A stretch of DNA of 63,973 bases, filler included, from Olpidium bornovanus S191 (taxonomy: Eukaryota > Fungi > Olpidiomycota), in assembly GCA_017911155.1 (NCBI GenBank). It is 23 parts of 23 records of this genome, joined end to end, with 100 filler letters (N's around TTAATTAATTAA, not from the genome) between each part and the next. Parts side by side here need not be neighbours in the genome. Positions count along the whole stretch, not along the records: positions 1 to 4,218 come from JAEFCI010002123.1; positions 4,319 to 8,067 come from JAEFCI010006654.1; positions 8,168 to 10,025 come from JAEFCI010000690.1; positions 10,126 to 12,291 come from JAEFCI010003084.1; positions 12,392 to 16,836 come from JAEFCI010001930.1; 18 more parts are not named here. One strand, 5' to 3'. The notes below the pieces were generated by a model. It was not told where the DNA came from, ran no database searches, and saw only the letters and a program-made list of their open reading frames with translations. The stretch's first letter is position 1; each line of letters opens with the position of its first letter. This document shows positions 1-12,429 of the stretch, piece by piece. A program made the position numbers and the translations under genes.

Positions 1-1
1 C

Positions 2-3000
2 ATGAAGCGGATATCGTCGAAAAGGTCGGAGCTGTCCAAGAACATCTGGGCGAGCCTCGGGATGAACTCGCCGGTGTCGCCCGCCGCGGAGGACAACGGC
101 GGTCGCCCGCGCCGCGACGCTTCCTCGGCGGGGGTGCCCGCGTTTCGGGCGCCGCAGCGCTCCGCGTCTGATCCTTCGTCGCCGGCGCTCGAGTTCAACG
201 GCTCAGGGGGCCCCCTGCCGCCCCTGCTTCTCCAGCTGGGCCGGAAGCCGTCTTTCCTGGTGGTCACGCCGGCGCACCTCAGGCGGCCCGGGCCGAGCTC
301 GCCGAGCGTCAACGTGCCGATGAACTTTGGGGAGGGCTCGCCCCTCCGCCTCCCCCGCGGCCTCGCGGAGGACCGGGGCGTCTTGAAGGCCGCCTCCGCC
401 GCCTCCGCGCGCCGGGGGAACGAGAACAGGGTCCCGAGGCCGGATCCCGAGATAACGGTGGCGGTGCGGGTCCGGCCTGTCGCCGCCGCGGGCCGGACGG
501 CGCCGGGCTCCGACCGCCGGTGCCTGCTCATCGAAAGGCGCGGCGCCGCGGTGGACACGGCGGGGCGCGAGGCCGTCAGCCCCCGCCAGCAGCAGGCCCA
601 CGCCAAGCTGGAGAAGCTCGTAAAGAACGGCGGCGAAGGGAAAAGCGGCGGCGGCGGCGGGGGCGGCCCCGAGGAAGCGGGCGGCTGGCCCAGACTCCTG
701 GTGACCGTCCCGGGGCACGTCCAGGGGACCAATTCGATCGCCGCCGCCACCCGCCGGTTCTCCGGGTTCGACCGCGTCTTCGACGACGCCGCCTCCCAGG
801 AGGACGTGTACGCCGGCGCGGTCGACGGGCTCCTCTCCGACAACGGTCCCGGCGCCGGCGACCTGACGCTGATCGCCTGCGGCCACCGAAAGTCCGGAAA
901 GTCGTACACCCTCTTCGGGTCGACTTTCGACTCTGCGCCGGCCCGGTCGTCGTCGGGCCCGCCGAAGCCGCCGCCGGTCCTCGTGAAAAGGGGTAACGCC
1001 AAGTTGTCAGGGAGACACCCGGAGACGGAGAACCTGCAACCCGGGGATGGTACGAAGACGTCGCGTTTCCCACGGCGGCGGGCGGCCGGGCGGCCCCCCC
1101 CCCCGCCCCCCCCCCCCCCCCCCCATCCCGCCCTTCTCCCGGCCCCGCCCCGCCGGCCTTTTTTTTTTTTTTGGTTTATTCCGCGACTGACGCGAGAAAG
1201 TTTCCGTGCCGCACGACCAGGGTTGCTCCAGCGGGCCGTCGCAAGGCTCATCGCCTCCGCGACCCGACCAATCTCGATGAGCTACGCGCAGATAATGCCG
1301 ACGGCCGACCCCCCGAGGTCTTCGCAGGGCGTTTCGGCCGGGCTGTTCACAGGGTCCGAGCGCGTCGTTGACCTGCTGACCGGCGAAACGAGGTACGAGA
1401 CGGAGGGCCAGAACTTCTGGTCGCGTCTGGTGAAGGCGCCCGTCGGCTCGCTGTTGGACGTAAACGGCCGGCTGCGGGACGGCCGGCGATTTTGGAGCCA
1501 CGAAGGCCACGCCATCGTCTCGTTCGAGTTTGCGGACCGGGCCGGGCACGCGCGGCGGCTGGTCCTGGTCGACGCCGCGATCACCGACGTGGTGCGTTGA
1601 TCGTTGTTTTTTATTTTATTTTATTTTATTTTTTTTTTTTTTTTTTTGTTTTCTGCGAAACCCACCGTCCACCCTGGCGCCTGAGAACCCCTTCGACCCC
1701 CGAACTCAAGGAGCGTTTTTTTTTTCGCTGCTCGCATGATCGGAAACAGCAGCAGGCGGCGTCTGTCCCGCCCTTCGGCGCTTCGCAGCAGCGCCTGACC
1801 TCCGACTCGGGCGCGATCGCGCTGGACAAGCTGTTCGCCGACGCGAGGTTCGCGGCGAAGAACATGGTGCTCATCGCGACGGTGTCTCAGGAGGCCGGCA
1901 GCGCCGCGGAGACGATGGCGACGCTCGTTTCCGCCGGCGAGGTCTTGGCCGGCCGGAAGGCGAAGGGCGGTCCGCGCGGGAAGTCCGCCCCCCGCGACCG
2001 GGAAGGCGCGAGGCCTTCGGGAGGCGACGCCGCGGCGGCCCCGTCGCGCTCCTTGTCGTTCTCGGGCGGCGGCGCCGACGCCGACGCCTTCCCCGACCTG
2101 CACCCGCTCCTGCGCGAGGAGCTGGAGGCCAACAGGGCGCTGACCCGGGAGCTCGACGGGGTGGCGGACGAGTTGGCGGGCGCGCAGCGGGAGCTCGCGC
2201 GCGCGCGGTTGCGGGAGCGGGAGCTGATGCTGGACGTCTCGGCGGCGCACGGGTCGCTCATGGCGCTGGCGCAGGAGCGGGACTTCGAGCAGGCGGCGCT
2301 GCTGGAGGCCGCGGCGGCCGCGGCGGAGGCGCGCGCCAAGCGGTCCTCCCTGGTCGAGGAACGCGAGAGGCTCCGCCGGGTGATTGCCGGCATCACCGGC
2401 GGCTGGGGCGTCGGCCCGGACGGCCGCCTGCTCGCGCGAGCGGCGGCCGGAAGCGACGGCGGCGCCGCCGGGAAAAGCGTCGCCGACGCGCTCGCGACCT
2501 TCGCGTCGGGCCACGCCGAGGCCCACGCCGCCGCCGAGTTGCTCCGCCGGGACCTGGAGGAGAGGGACAGGCAGCTGGAGAAGGCTCGCCGCGTTCTGTC
2601 GAGGGAAAGCCGGACGCGGGAGAAGCTGGAGCTGAGACTCGGCGCCGCCGCCGACGACGACGACGACGACCCGCTGTCGCCCGCCGGTTCCGCCCCGCCG
2701 AACAGGCCGGCGTCCGGGACGTCGACGACTTCAACAACGGCCAGAGCGCTCGCGCCGTCGCCGTCGCCGTCGCCGTCGGCCCCTCCCGCCGTCTCCGCCG
2801 CCGCCGCGGCATCATCCAAGGCTTTGCCGGCGGGCCACCTGCCTTTGCTGACGCTCGACGTGGCCGTCGGCTCCTCGCCCCTTCACCTGCTGGACTCCCG
2901 GTGGACCGACGAGATCGCCCGCCTCGACGTCCCGCCACGGGCGAAGCCGGACGCCGCCGGCGCCGCGGCCGAGTGGGAGAAGAGTGCGGGGGAGCGGCAG

Positions 3001-3183
3001 GACCACCGCCGCGCAGCGGCGAACGTGCTCGGCGTCGACCTGCCGGCAGACCTGGCGTCCGAACTGGAGAACGAGTCCGAGTGGGAGGCCATGATCGCCC
3101 AGTTCGAGCTGGACGAGCGCCGCAGCGCCCCTACCATCCGGCACAGGATTTACACCGCCGACTTCGCAGGTTCGCCGTACTGA
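2..3183 (+). CDS. Divergent kinesin-like protein: N-terminal motor domain plus C-terminal coiled coil (spliced, 5' end possibly partial)
   Basis: Kinesin motifs in order: ITVAVRVRP, FDRVFDDAASQEDVY, P-loop ACGHRKSGKSYTLFG, VVDLL, HAIVSFEF...RLVLVD. After an intron (GT at 1592) comes LDKLF...NMVLIATVSQEAGSAAETMATL, then a coiled-coil region to the stop at 3183. Confidence 0.72.
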
Positions 3184-4218
3184 GCGCCCTCCTCCCTTTT
3201 CCCACCTCTTTTCCCCCGTACTCTTCATCCCCGCACCGCACATAAAAGATATCCATTCCGCACGCATAGCAAATTGTTGCAAGCCCGATTGGGCCGGTCA
3301 CCCCCCGCGCCCGTCGTTTGGTTGGGGGGGAGGGGGTGGGGGAGAGGCGGTAGGGCGGGCGGGGGACGGTTTTCCCCGTTCCTGCTGTAAAGTTGAACAA
3401 AATGGGAGGGGGCGCCCCTGGCGCAGCGGCGCCACGCGATTCAACCCAGCCTTTCCCCCTTTTGCCGTCGAATCCCTGTCGAGCCGCCATATAAAAGGAG
3501 GCCTGAGAGCAGGCAAATGGCCTGAATTACGGGCAGGCAGACGCAAAAGTTTGTTTGCACGGCCTCTTCCTCGCCTCCGTGACGAACGCCCGGTCGCGCT
3601 CTACTTCTCGGCTCCGAGCCACAACACCTGCCAACTGCCCCCCCCCCTTTCTCCATCTATCCTCCCCGGCCGGGTTTGGTACGCGGATGATGATCGAGCG
3701 AAGCGCGAGGCCCCTTAGTTTCTTACCCGAGAACCGCCCGGCCGCGCAACCATCTCTTCGGCCAGGCTTTCCCACCCTTCCTTCCTGGCGGTAAAACGCG
3801 CAAGTTGAAAAAGTTCGAGTTCGCGCGGGGGGTTGGGGGAAAGGTTTGAAGGGGAGGGGGGGGGATTCTGGTGCCGTTGCTTCTCATTCGCGAAGGCGCG
3901 CGCGGTGACCGCGTTGTGAGATGTTTCCCTTTTTCTTCGCGTTTCGGTCGGGAATCTCTCTTTCGCTCCCACCCCGCCCCCCTCCTCCCCCGCGCCCCAA
4001 CGCGCCCGCGACCCTCTCCGTCCCCTCCCCCACTCCAACATCCCCGGCTGTGCTGGAAACCGGCGGCTGCAGAAACGCCCGCCCAACCCCACTCCCCCAT
4101 GCCTCTCGGGCTCCCTCGCCATTCCTCGAACTGCGTTTTGCGTTTCCGAGAAAAAGCTTTGAACTTTGTTGTTGGGGCGTGCGGGAAAAAAATACCACAG
4201 GGCGAAATACGAAAACTC

Positions 4219-4318
4219 NNNNNNNNNNNNNNNNNNNNNNNNNNNNNNNNNNNNNNNNNNNNTTAATTAATTAANNNNNNNNNNNNNNNNNNNNNNNNNN
4301 NNNNNNNNNNNNNNNNNN
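4219..4318. other. Artificial contig-joining linker (first of 22)
   Basis: 44 N + TTAATTAATTAA + 44 N. The same linker starts at 8068, 10026, 12292, 16837, 18299, 19579, 23892, 25796, 27950, 31461, 37897, 41079, 42975, 47991, 49704, 51224, 52750, 55386, 58455, 60101 and 62852. Confidence 0.99.
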
Positions 4319-4346
4319 CCCCCCCCCCCCCCCCCCCCCCCCTTTG

Positions 4347-4383
<37 letters not shown>

Positions 4384-4501
4384 ACAAAAAAAAATTTCCG
4401 GTGCGCTCTTCTGTCAGCCCTTGCCCCGCCCGGGCCGACCGCGCCGAACGGCCAAAACGCGCGTCCTGGGCGGAAGGGAACGTGACCAGGCGCGTGCGTT
4501 G

Positions 4502-4538
<37 letters not shown>

Positions 4539-5275
4539 TCGTTCGCTGCCGAGCCGAGAGCGCAGCAGCGGCAGCGGAGGCGCGCGCGCGCGCGACACGC
4601 CCTCTCCCCCTTCCCACCCGCCTCCCGGGGGGACCCCCCACTCCTCTTTCAAAAGATTGGCCGAGCCGGGAAGAAGCGGGAGGAGAGGCTTGGCCGACGA
4701 GGGGAAGCGGCGGCGGCGGCGGCGGCAAAGCGCCGCGTACAACGATGTATTCAGAGTGCGACGCGTCGGTTTACGGTACAAGTAAAAGCTACAGGGTACA
4801 GACTTCTTCGTTTTTTGCGTCCGGCGCCGAAGACGAGCGCCGCGGAGAGAGAAAGCCGCGACGGGAAAAAGAGCAAACTTCAAATTTGGTGGGCGTGACA
4901 AGAGCGGGGGAGGGTGGTGGGGTGTGTCCGGAAGAAATACCGGGGGAACGGCGAATAAAGAGTTCCAGGCGGACACGGGGGAAAAGAAATTTGAAGTGGG
5001 GGGGAAGGTGGGAAAGGGGAAAAAGAAAAAAAAATTCGGGACGGCGGAGCGCTCGGACGGCGCTCCGTTTCGCCGAGAAACACTCGAAAAAAAAAAAAGC
5101 GCCCGCGCGAACGGCGGGCATATATCTGGTCGGAAATAGGGGGGGGGGGGACAGGTAAAATCGTACCGGTGCCAGAAAAAGAAAACGAAAAAAAAAGAAA
5201 AAAAAATTCTTTTTCTCTCTTGTTTGCCGGTTAGAAATACACGCCTCGGCGCGGCACCGAGGACCTGCCAAAAGC

Positions 5276-7962
5276 CTAATCCTGCATGCTTTGGAACACC
5301 GGGAGGCGCCTGCCGCCGCCCTCCGCGACGGAGGCCCTGCGCCCGGTTCTCGCCACGCTCGGCTGCTGCTTCGGGTTTCCGGGAAGCTGGTGGCGGGTCT
5401 GCTCTCCGAGGCGGGACGCCTGCGCGTCGCTCGCGCTCACGGTCCTGCCGCGTCCCGCGGGCTCGGGCGCGGGCTGCTGGACGGCCGCCCCGCCGGCGCC
5501 GGCGGGGCCCGCGAAAGCGCCGGCGCACCAGCACGCTTCGAAGCTGCCGCAGGCGCGGCAGGCGCCGGAGATTGACCTGCGCGACGGGCGCCGGGAGAGA
5601 ATGGGGCGGACGCAGGCGGCGTCGGCGTCGCCGTGCGTCGCGCGCCGCGCCCGGCGTTGGATCCGGTCCGGTTCGGGAGCTGCCTCGCCCTTTTCCTGTT
5701 TCGCGGGCGACGTCGGGTTCGACCGCGTCGCGAGCTTCGTGGCTTCCTCCACGCTGACGTTTATCGTCGTGTTGACCGCGTCGCTCTCTTCGGCGTAAAG
5801 GCTGGAAACGGAGGACACGGAGTCGCGCTTTTTGGCTGTGGGAATCGCGGCGACGAGACGAGTTCGCGGGTCAGCAGCGGCCGGCCGACATGGCGTAGGC
5901 GAAACCGGGAAACTCGCGGCCGTACCGGGCGCGTCCTTGGGCGTCAGCGGGCTTTTCACTGAGGCCGTGGAGGCGCTGCCAGAGGGCGAGGAAACGGCGC
6001 TCTGAACCGCGCGAGACTGGATGGAAACCGAGCCGTGCTCCGAAGGGACGGCGGTGTGGATAAACTGCACGGGTCGAAACCGTGCGCCGTGAAGGTGAGT
6101 CGGACAAGGGGACGAGGCAAAAGTTAACAGGCCGTCCGGCCCGGACTCACGCAACACCGCTGGCCGTAGGGGCAAGACCCCTTCTCCCAAAAGGTCTTGC
6201 ACATCTGCGACGTCCGGTCCCGGCAAAGAAGTCGGAAAGCGTCAAAGGCCGAAACAACAAAACCGGGGGGAATAGGACGGATGTCCGGCGAACAAAAAAA
6301 AAGCACCCCGCGATTTGATTTGCTCCCCGCGGGCTTACGACGCTTTTGTGTTTCGGGTGACGTTCAACGGTCCGGAGCTCTTCGTTGCCGTGAGCAAATT
6401 GGCACTTCGCGCCGTACCTGCGCAGCCGAAAATGGCCGCGTCAAGAGAGGGGGGGCGGGGAAATAAAACCGAAAACGTCGCGCGGATCGGCCACCGTACC
6501 GGCACGTTCCAGTTTCTTCGTACGACCTGCAGAGCTCCGTCTTGTAAAGCGCCAGTTTTTTCGGGTCCTTCGCCGCTGCCCCAAGAGGAAGAGGCGGGCT
6601 AATGACCTGCGCGCCCGTGTGCTCGTTGGGCAGGGCGTACCGGACCGCGCCCTGGCGCATGTTGGCCTGGGCGACGGAGACGCTCGCGCCGCTTAAGCTG
6701 CCGTTGTACAGCAGGGGCGCCGCGAGAAGCCTGTCGGAGAAGGCGACAGCGGTCGGTAAAGCCGGCGCGCCGCCCGAAACGCGGGGGCGGGCGGAACTGG
6801 TCGCCGTGTCGACTGACGGCCTCCGCACAAGCGGGGCGTCGCAAACGCGGTGCGCCCGCGGGAGAGCGGCCGCGGCCTGGCCGTCCAGAAGGCCGGACAG
6901 CAGTGACGCGCTCGCGGCGGCGTCGGCGCCCGGGATGTGGGCCGAGTGGCGCCGCGTCAGGCAGCGGTGTTCGTTCGCGAACCCATCGACGAACGCGAAC
7001 GGGTTCTCGGGCGTCGGGCCCCCGATCGCAAGCTCTCGGTCGAAGTCAAACAGGTCGAACGAGGCGGGACGGCCGAGCGGGAGACTGTAGCAAGACAGGC
7101 GGCCTGCGTCGGAAGGCGCGGTAGACCCGGGCGGTCCTCCGGTAGCCAACGAAGACCTTCGCGGGCGGCAGGCGGCGATCTCGCCGTCCGACCTGCAGAC
7201 GCGGAGAACGTCGGCGAGCGCGGGGTACGGCGGTCCCCCAGGGTCCGGCGAAACGACGGTCCTTTCCCCCGTCACGAATGTAGCGAGCGGCGCGTCCGGC
7301 GAAGCGACGGTCCTTTCCCCCGTCACGAATGTGGGGAGCGGCGCGTCCGGCGCGGCCGCCTTGTCGCCGGCGGACGCGGCTCCGGGGAACTCGTACTCCA
7401 GCGGGAAAAAGTCCGCGGCGAAGGTGCGCCGCCCGTCGTTCCTCAGCTCGGATAATGGCTCGAGGAGGCCGGGGTGGCGGTGAGCGGCGGGGGCCACGTG
7501 CGGGACGCGCTGCTCGTGTTCGAGGTCCACCACCCACGCGCCGTCCGCGCGCAACCTGAAGTCGTCGAAAACTCTCTGCATGTCCGCGACGTCCGCATCG
7601 CGACTTCTCCCGGCGGCAGCGCCGTCCTCGACGCCGGGCGGCGGGGAAGGCGCGAGCGGCGCCTCCGATATCGGCGCGTCCTCCTGGCCGCTGGAGGACG
7701 ACGACCCTGACGCGACGACGGCCCTTCTCGGATCGATCCCGGCCAGCCGCCGGGCGGTCGACCGAACGGGAAGCAGCCGGCACTCGTAGTCCCAGTTCCC
7801 CGGGGCCTCGCCGGTTCCCAACGAGGCGGCGGCCGCGGCAGCAACGACCGACGCGTAGTCCGGCGAGTCCTTCGCCTTGGCGGCCGCCCCGTCGGCGTAG
7901 AAGCTCGGAGGGTCCGAAAAGTAGGGCAGGCTCGGCGACCGGCCGTGCACGGTGGCGGCCAT
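5276..7962 (-). CDS. ZFP36: TIS11/ZFP36 (TTP/Cth1/Zfs1)-family tandem CCCH zinc-finger mRNA-decay protein
   Basis: Spliced fingers [25 protein letters not shown] and CKTFWEKGSCPYGQRCCFIH, separated by the linker GNEELRTVERHPKHK. Introns fall at about 6500-6420, 6330-6210 and 6150-6065. C-terminus is RRLPVFQSMQD*. Confidence 0.9.
7243..7352. repeat. 51-bp in-frame tandem duplication (17 aa x2) inside the TIS11-like gene
   Basis: gtccggcgaa[a/g]cgacggtcctttcccccgtcacgaatgt... occurs twice, encoding DAPLPTFVTGERTVASP / DAPLATFVTGERTVVSP. Confidence 0.93.
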
Positions 7963-8031
7963 GCTGGAAGGCGAACGATAGAAAAAGTCTGCGGAGGCGA
8001 AATGCGGACAGGCGAGCGGCGAAGCGACGGG

Positions 8032-8067
<36 letters not shown>

Positions 8068-8852
8068 NNNNNNNNNNNNNNNNNNNNNNNNNNNNNNNNN
8101 NNNNNNNNNNNTTAATTAATTAANNNNNNNNNNNNNNNNNNNNNNNNNNNNNNNNNNNNNNNNNNNNCCTGAGTAGACATAGCATTTGCATAGTAAGGAA
8201 CACCGCTAGCTCCCTAGTCCTCGCGGTCTTCCAGGCGTCCACCGCTTCTCCCGCGGCGATAATCGCAACTGAGCATTCCCACCCATGAAAAGGCCTTGTG
8301 TCTCGCACCGTCCAATCAACTCCCACAGCCCCCACCCGCACCCACCGTATGACCCTTGCTCGCCCTGCTCGCCACTGTAATTTTTTGGTTTTACGTGACG
8401 TATAAACCTTTTCATGACTCAGGCTTAAAGAGGACCTCACCTCGCCTCGCCCTGGCCGACCAAACACAAACACTTAATCCCTTTTTTTTTACGTCAATGG
8501 TTAACCCTGCTCGGACGTGCGGTACAAACAAACAAGAGATTTTTCGTGACCTCGCGTCGCACGGCGCGACCAACACAGTTAATCACCCAAACCTACTCAG
8601 GGAGAGAAACCATTATCTCTCTTATGGCCCTCAAGCGACGCTTATCGGGACCATCTTTTAGAGGGAGCAAGAAATAGGTGCCACCTTCCCCCCGTGCGGC
8701 GCACAAGGGCTTTTCCTTGTCCTGGTGATCGTGTTTGCTGTTTCTCACCACGTCGTAACGGCGTAAAAAACCCAAAAGAGAACAAATGATCTACTAAGCG
8801 ATTCGATTTCTATTTTCGAAGCGTCGCCTTTTTCCTGTCCGGCGGAACATTT

Positions 8853-8888
<36 letters not shown>

Positions 8889-10125
8889 ACCGGGCGCGCC
8901 GTGTCTGAGACACACATGCCGGAGGAAGTATTCCCCGCAAAACTCTAAATTTTGTCGAAAACACCCGGGGTTAAAAAAAAACGTCTGGATTGGAGCCGCT
9001 CTGGCTGTTTTGGAACGCCGCGGAGGCTTCGAAGGCGGTGAACTGCGGCGGCAATGGGTGCTGATAACGTGTTTGCAATTCCGCTCTCTTCTTCTTCCCG
9101 TCTTCCTTTCTTCTCTCCTTTTGCTCGGGTACGCCGGCTCCTCCTCCTGGGCAATAGCACGTGAATGGTCACGTGTCCCATAGAGCGCATCATACGGTTC
9201 ACAACAGAAATAAAGAGAGAAAAGAGGTCGGACGGTTCAGCCGCGAGAATAGTCACCCGCCGAGGCCGGGATTTCAAGGCTTGGGGAAGGTGGCACCCGC
9301 GCGAATGCGCGCGCAGAATCCAAAAAAACAAAGAAGTTCCGGAAAAGAAACCGGTTGGGCGAACGGGGTTTCGCGAGCGCGGAAAAAAAAAAATTTTAAA
9401 TGTTGAAATCAAAAAAGCTGAAAACAAAACCAAAAAAAGTACCGGAAGGTCTGGAAACCGACGTATCCCCGCCGCAGACACGCGAGCCAGGAGCGCCCTC
9501 GAGAGGCCGTTCCTTGGCCTGCCGTCGTCAAACTTGGGAAACAAACAAACTCTGAAGACACAATCCAAATCTTTTCGCCTCGCGGCACGGAGCGAGCCGG
9601 TTTTGCAGAACAATGTGCAGGCGGAAAACGACCATTACGGTTCTCAGAATTATGCGGCGAAATTATCTAGAAGGCAGGAGGGGTATCTCCGGTGGGCGGG
9701 CCACCAGGGTTCATAAAAAAGACGACCTACTAATACAAAAAAAGCAATTTTACAAGACGAGCCGCTTGCGAGCGGTGCGCTGGTAGGGTCTCCAAACCCA
9801 CTCCGTGTCGGCGTCGGTGAGCTCAACGGTGCCGAGCTTGATCTCGTATACTGCAGAGATGGGCCGTCGACAAGCCGGCAAAAAAAGCAACCGGTCAGCA
9901 AGCACATGTTGTTCAAGGGCGCAAGTGTCGAGAAATGGAGGAAGGGCGAGAGAAGAAAACCGGCGGCGAACTCACTCCTCATCTCAAACCGCGGACCAAC
10001 CTCGGCCAGCTGAACCTCCTTGCCANNNNNNNNNNNNNNNNNNNNNNNNNNNNNNNNNNNNNNNNNNNNTTAATTAATTAANNNNNNNNNNNNNNNNNNN
10101 NNNNNNNNNNNNNNNNNNNNNNNNN

Positions 10126-11527
10126 CCATGCGTTTCGAAGAATTTAGCCGCCTAAAAAAAGAAAAAAATAAAAAAGGAAACAACAACAGAACAGTACAGT
10201 GCGACGTTCAGCGTCAGATACCATAGTGCATCACAAAGCAGACTCTCGCCCTTTGGGGTGAAGGGAATGGATCGACATCAATGGAAAAAACACCTACCCA
10301 GTACCCCACGTTCCCGAAGCCCTGGATAGCAATCTTCGCGCCCGCTATCTTCCCCGACAACCCGGTCAGTTTCTGCACTTCCGGGTAAGACAAAACCTCC
10401 CGCACTCCGTAGTAGACTCCCAAGCCGGTAGCCTCGTTACGACCGCGGACACCACCGTAAAGTATGCCGAAGAGCGTTCAAATTCGCCACCGAGGCGGCG
10501 GCCCGGTCGCGTGTCAGCAGTTTAGCAACCGGGGACCAAAGCGACGCTAGGCCGCCCCGACGGACACTCATCTGTGAGATGGGCTTCCCAGTCACACAGG
10601 CAGCGGCGTTGACATCGCCGGAGTTGAACTGACGGTAGGTGTCCTGGATCCACGACATCTCGCTGGAGAACGGTTTGATGGAAACTGAATTCTTGGTCCG
10701 TCCGACCTGCCCCCCGGTTGCGAACGGCGCTCCTCGCGGACAAGCGACCTACCGCGCTCCAGTGCCGACATCCGGGGCGGGCACGTCTATGCCGGGCCCG
10801 ATGAAATTCTTTTGACACAGCTCCATTGTGTAACGACGCGTGATGTTTTCCAGTTGCGAGACGGTCCACTGCCTCGGATCTATGCGAATCCCGCCCTTTG
10901 CGCCGCCGAACGGGACGTCGACAACGGCGCACTACAAATGGGGAGGGCGCGACGAATTAGAAAATTCCGCTTCATTCCGGCGCCTTCCTTCCGTTCATTT
11001 GCGCAGACCCGCAGCAACCCGGTCGTGCAGGAGCCCCGCTTGGAAGGAAAACGAAACACACCTTAAAGGTCATGAGCGAGGCGAGGGCTTCCACCTCCTG
11101 CAGGTCGACTTCGGAGGAGAAGCGGATGCCGCCCTTCACGGGGAGGCGGTGGCGGGAGTGCTGGGCCCTGTGTCCTTCCACAATCGCGAACTTGTCTCCT
11201 TCCAGCTCGACGGGGAAGGTCACACTGAGGACGTTGTCGACTGCTTTCATGTGCGCCAGTGTCCTGGGGTGGATGTTGCTTAGGGCAGCAGCGCGGTCGA
11301 AGAAGATCTCGACGGATTTAAGGAAAGTCGGCTCGTCCTCCTCCGTATACCGGTTTGTCAGGCCTGTGATGGAACGGAGTTGATTCAGATTGAAGCCGAT
11401 CTGCTAGAAGGGCCCGCACACGCCGTCAACGCTGACCCAAACCGCTCTTTACCCGTGCTCATAAAGCGAGGCAGCTGTGTTCGAACACGGCGAAGCGCGT
11501 TTGGTGCGACGGTACGGATACGCGTCC
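10126..11527 (-). CDS. GLUD1: Glutamate dehydrogenase, animal GLUD1-like hexameric type (multi-exon; start exon uncertain, 3' end truncated)
   Basis: [104 protein letters not shown]. An Arg-rich upstream exon resembles a mitochondrial presequence. Confidence 0.93.
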
Positions 11528-11542
11528 TAGCCCGGGAAAAAC

Positions 11543-11547
<5 letters not shown>

Positions 11548-11600
<53 letters not shown>
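11548..11600. repeat. (GA)n microsatellite; similar tracts near 4505, 32140, 33045, 41400 and 63230
   Basis: Uninterrupted GA dinucleotide run. Confidence 0.95.
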
Positions 11601-11603
<3 letters not shown>

Positions 11604-12075
11604 GAAGTCGCCAAAGTCACCGCGATGCGCCAGGTTTTTTGCAGCGGTCCTTCGTGCAGGACGAGAAAGCCGTTCGGCAGCACACGTAGCGAGTGAAGTG
11701 ACGACGCCCAGATCCCCGTACGCGGCGGGCCGGAGGCGGTGGTCGAACGACAATGCTAGCCAGAAACGAGCGGGACTGACATGTCAGCCACGAATCCGAG
11801 GGCGCGCACCGGCGAAGGGAACTGCATCATGGCGGGCCAAACGACAGGCTTGCAGTCCCCTCTTGTCCTCCGCTTCGAACGGGCGGTTGCAGAAACGAAG
11901 GGCCGCTGTCCGGGCCCGCGCGGATGCTGCTGCCGGCGCAAGGTTTGAGGAGAGAGTGGGCCGGGTGGGAAGGGGAAGAAGCGCGCCGGAGCAGCGCCGT
12001 GATTTTCTCAGAGGCGGGCGCCCTCTTTCCCTTCTCTCTTTCCTTTCTGAGCAACGGCCGCGTGCGGGGCGAGGC

Positions 12076-12134
<59 letters not shown>

Positions 12135-12143
12135 CCCCCCCCC

Positions 12144-12194
<51 letters not shown>

Positions 12195-12429
12195 GATAAA
12201 ACACAGCTAGTTTTGCCTTGGTGTGAGAGAAAAGGAGTGGTGGGAATTGGGAGGAAGGAGGGGAGTGTTTTTTTGTAATGGTGGTGAGGGGNNNNNNNNN
12301 NNNNNNNNNNNNNNNNNNNNNNNNNNNNNNNNNNNTTAATTAATTAANNNNNNNNNNNNNNNNNNNNNNNNNNNNNNNNNNNNNNNNNNNNCCGTACGCC
12401 TGCAACACACCATCCTCACTTTCCGGAAC

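Noticed and set aside
203-3282. Many long overlapping Arg/Pro/Ala-rich ORFs on opposite strands and frames, here and throughout the window
   Set aside because: These are shadow ORFs expected from high GC and from antisense to real exons; they carry no family motifs.
4263-4274. TTAATTAATTAA recurring 22 times as a possible biological repeat or regulatory motif
   Set aside because: It is always centred in an identical 100-bp N-padded block and has stops in all six frames, so it is an assembly spacer.
8168-8260. ARTRELAVF resembling DEAD-box motif Ia
   Set aside because: An isolated short match with no other helicase motif nearby.
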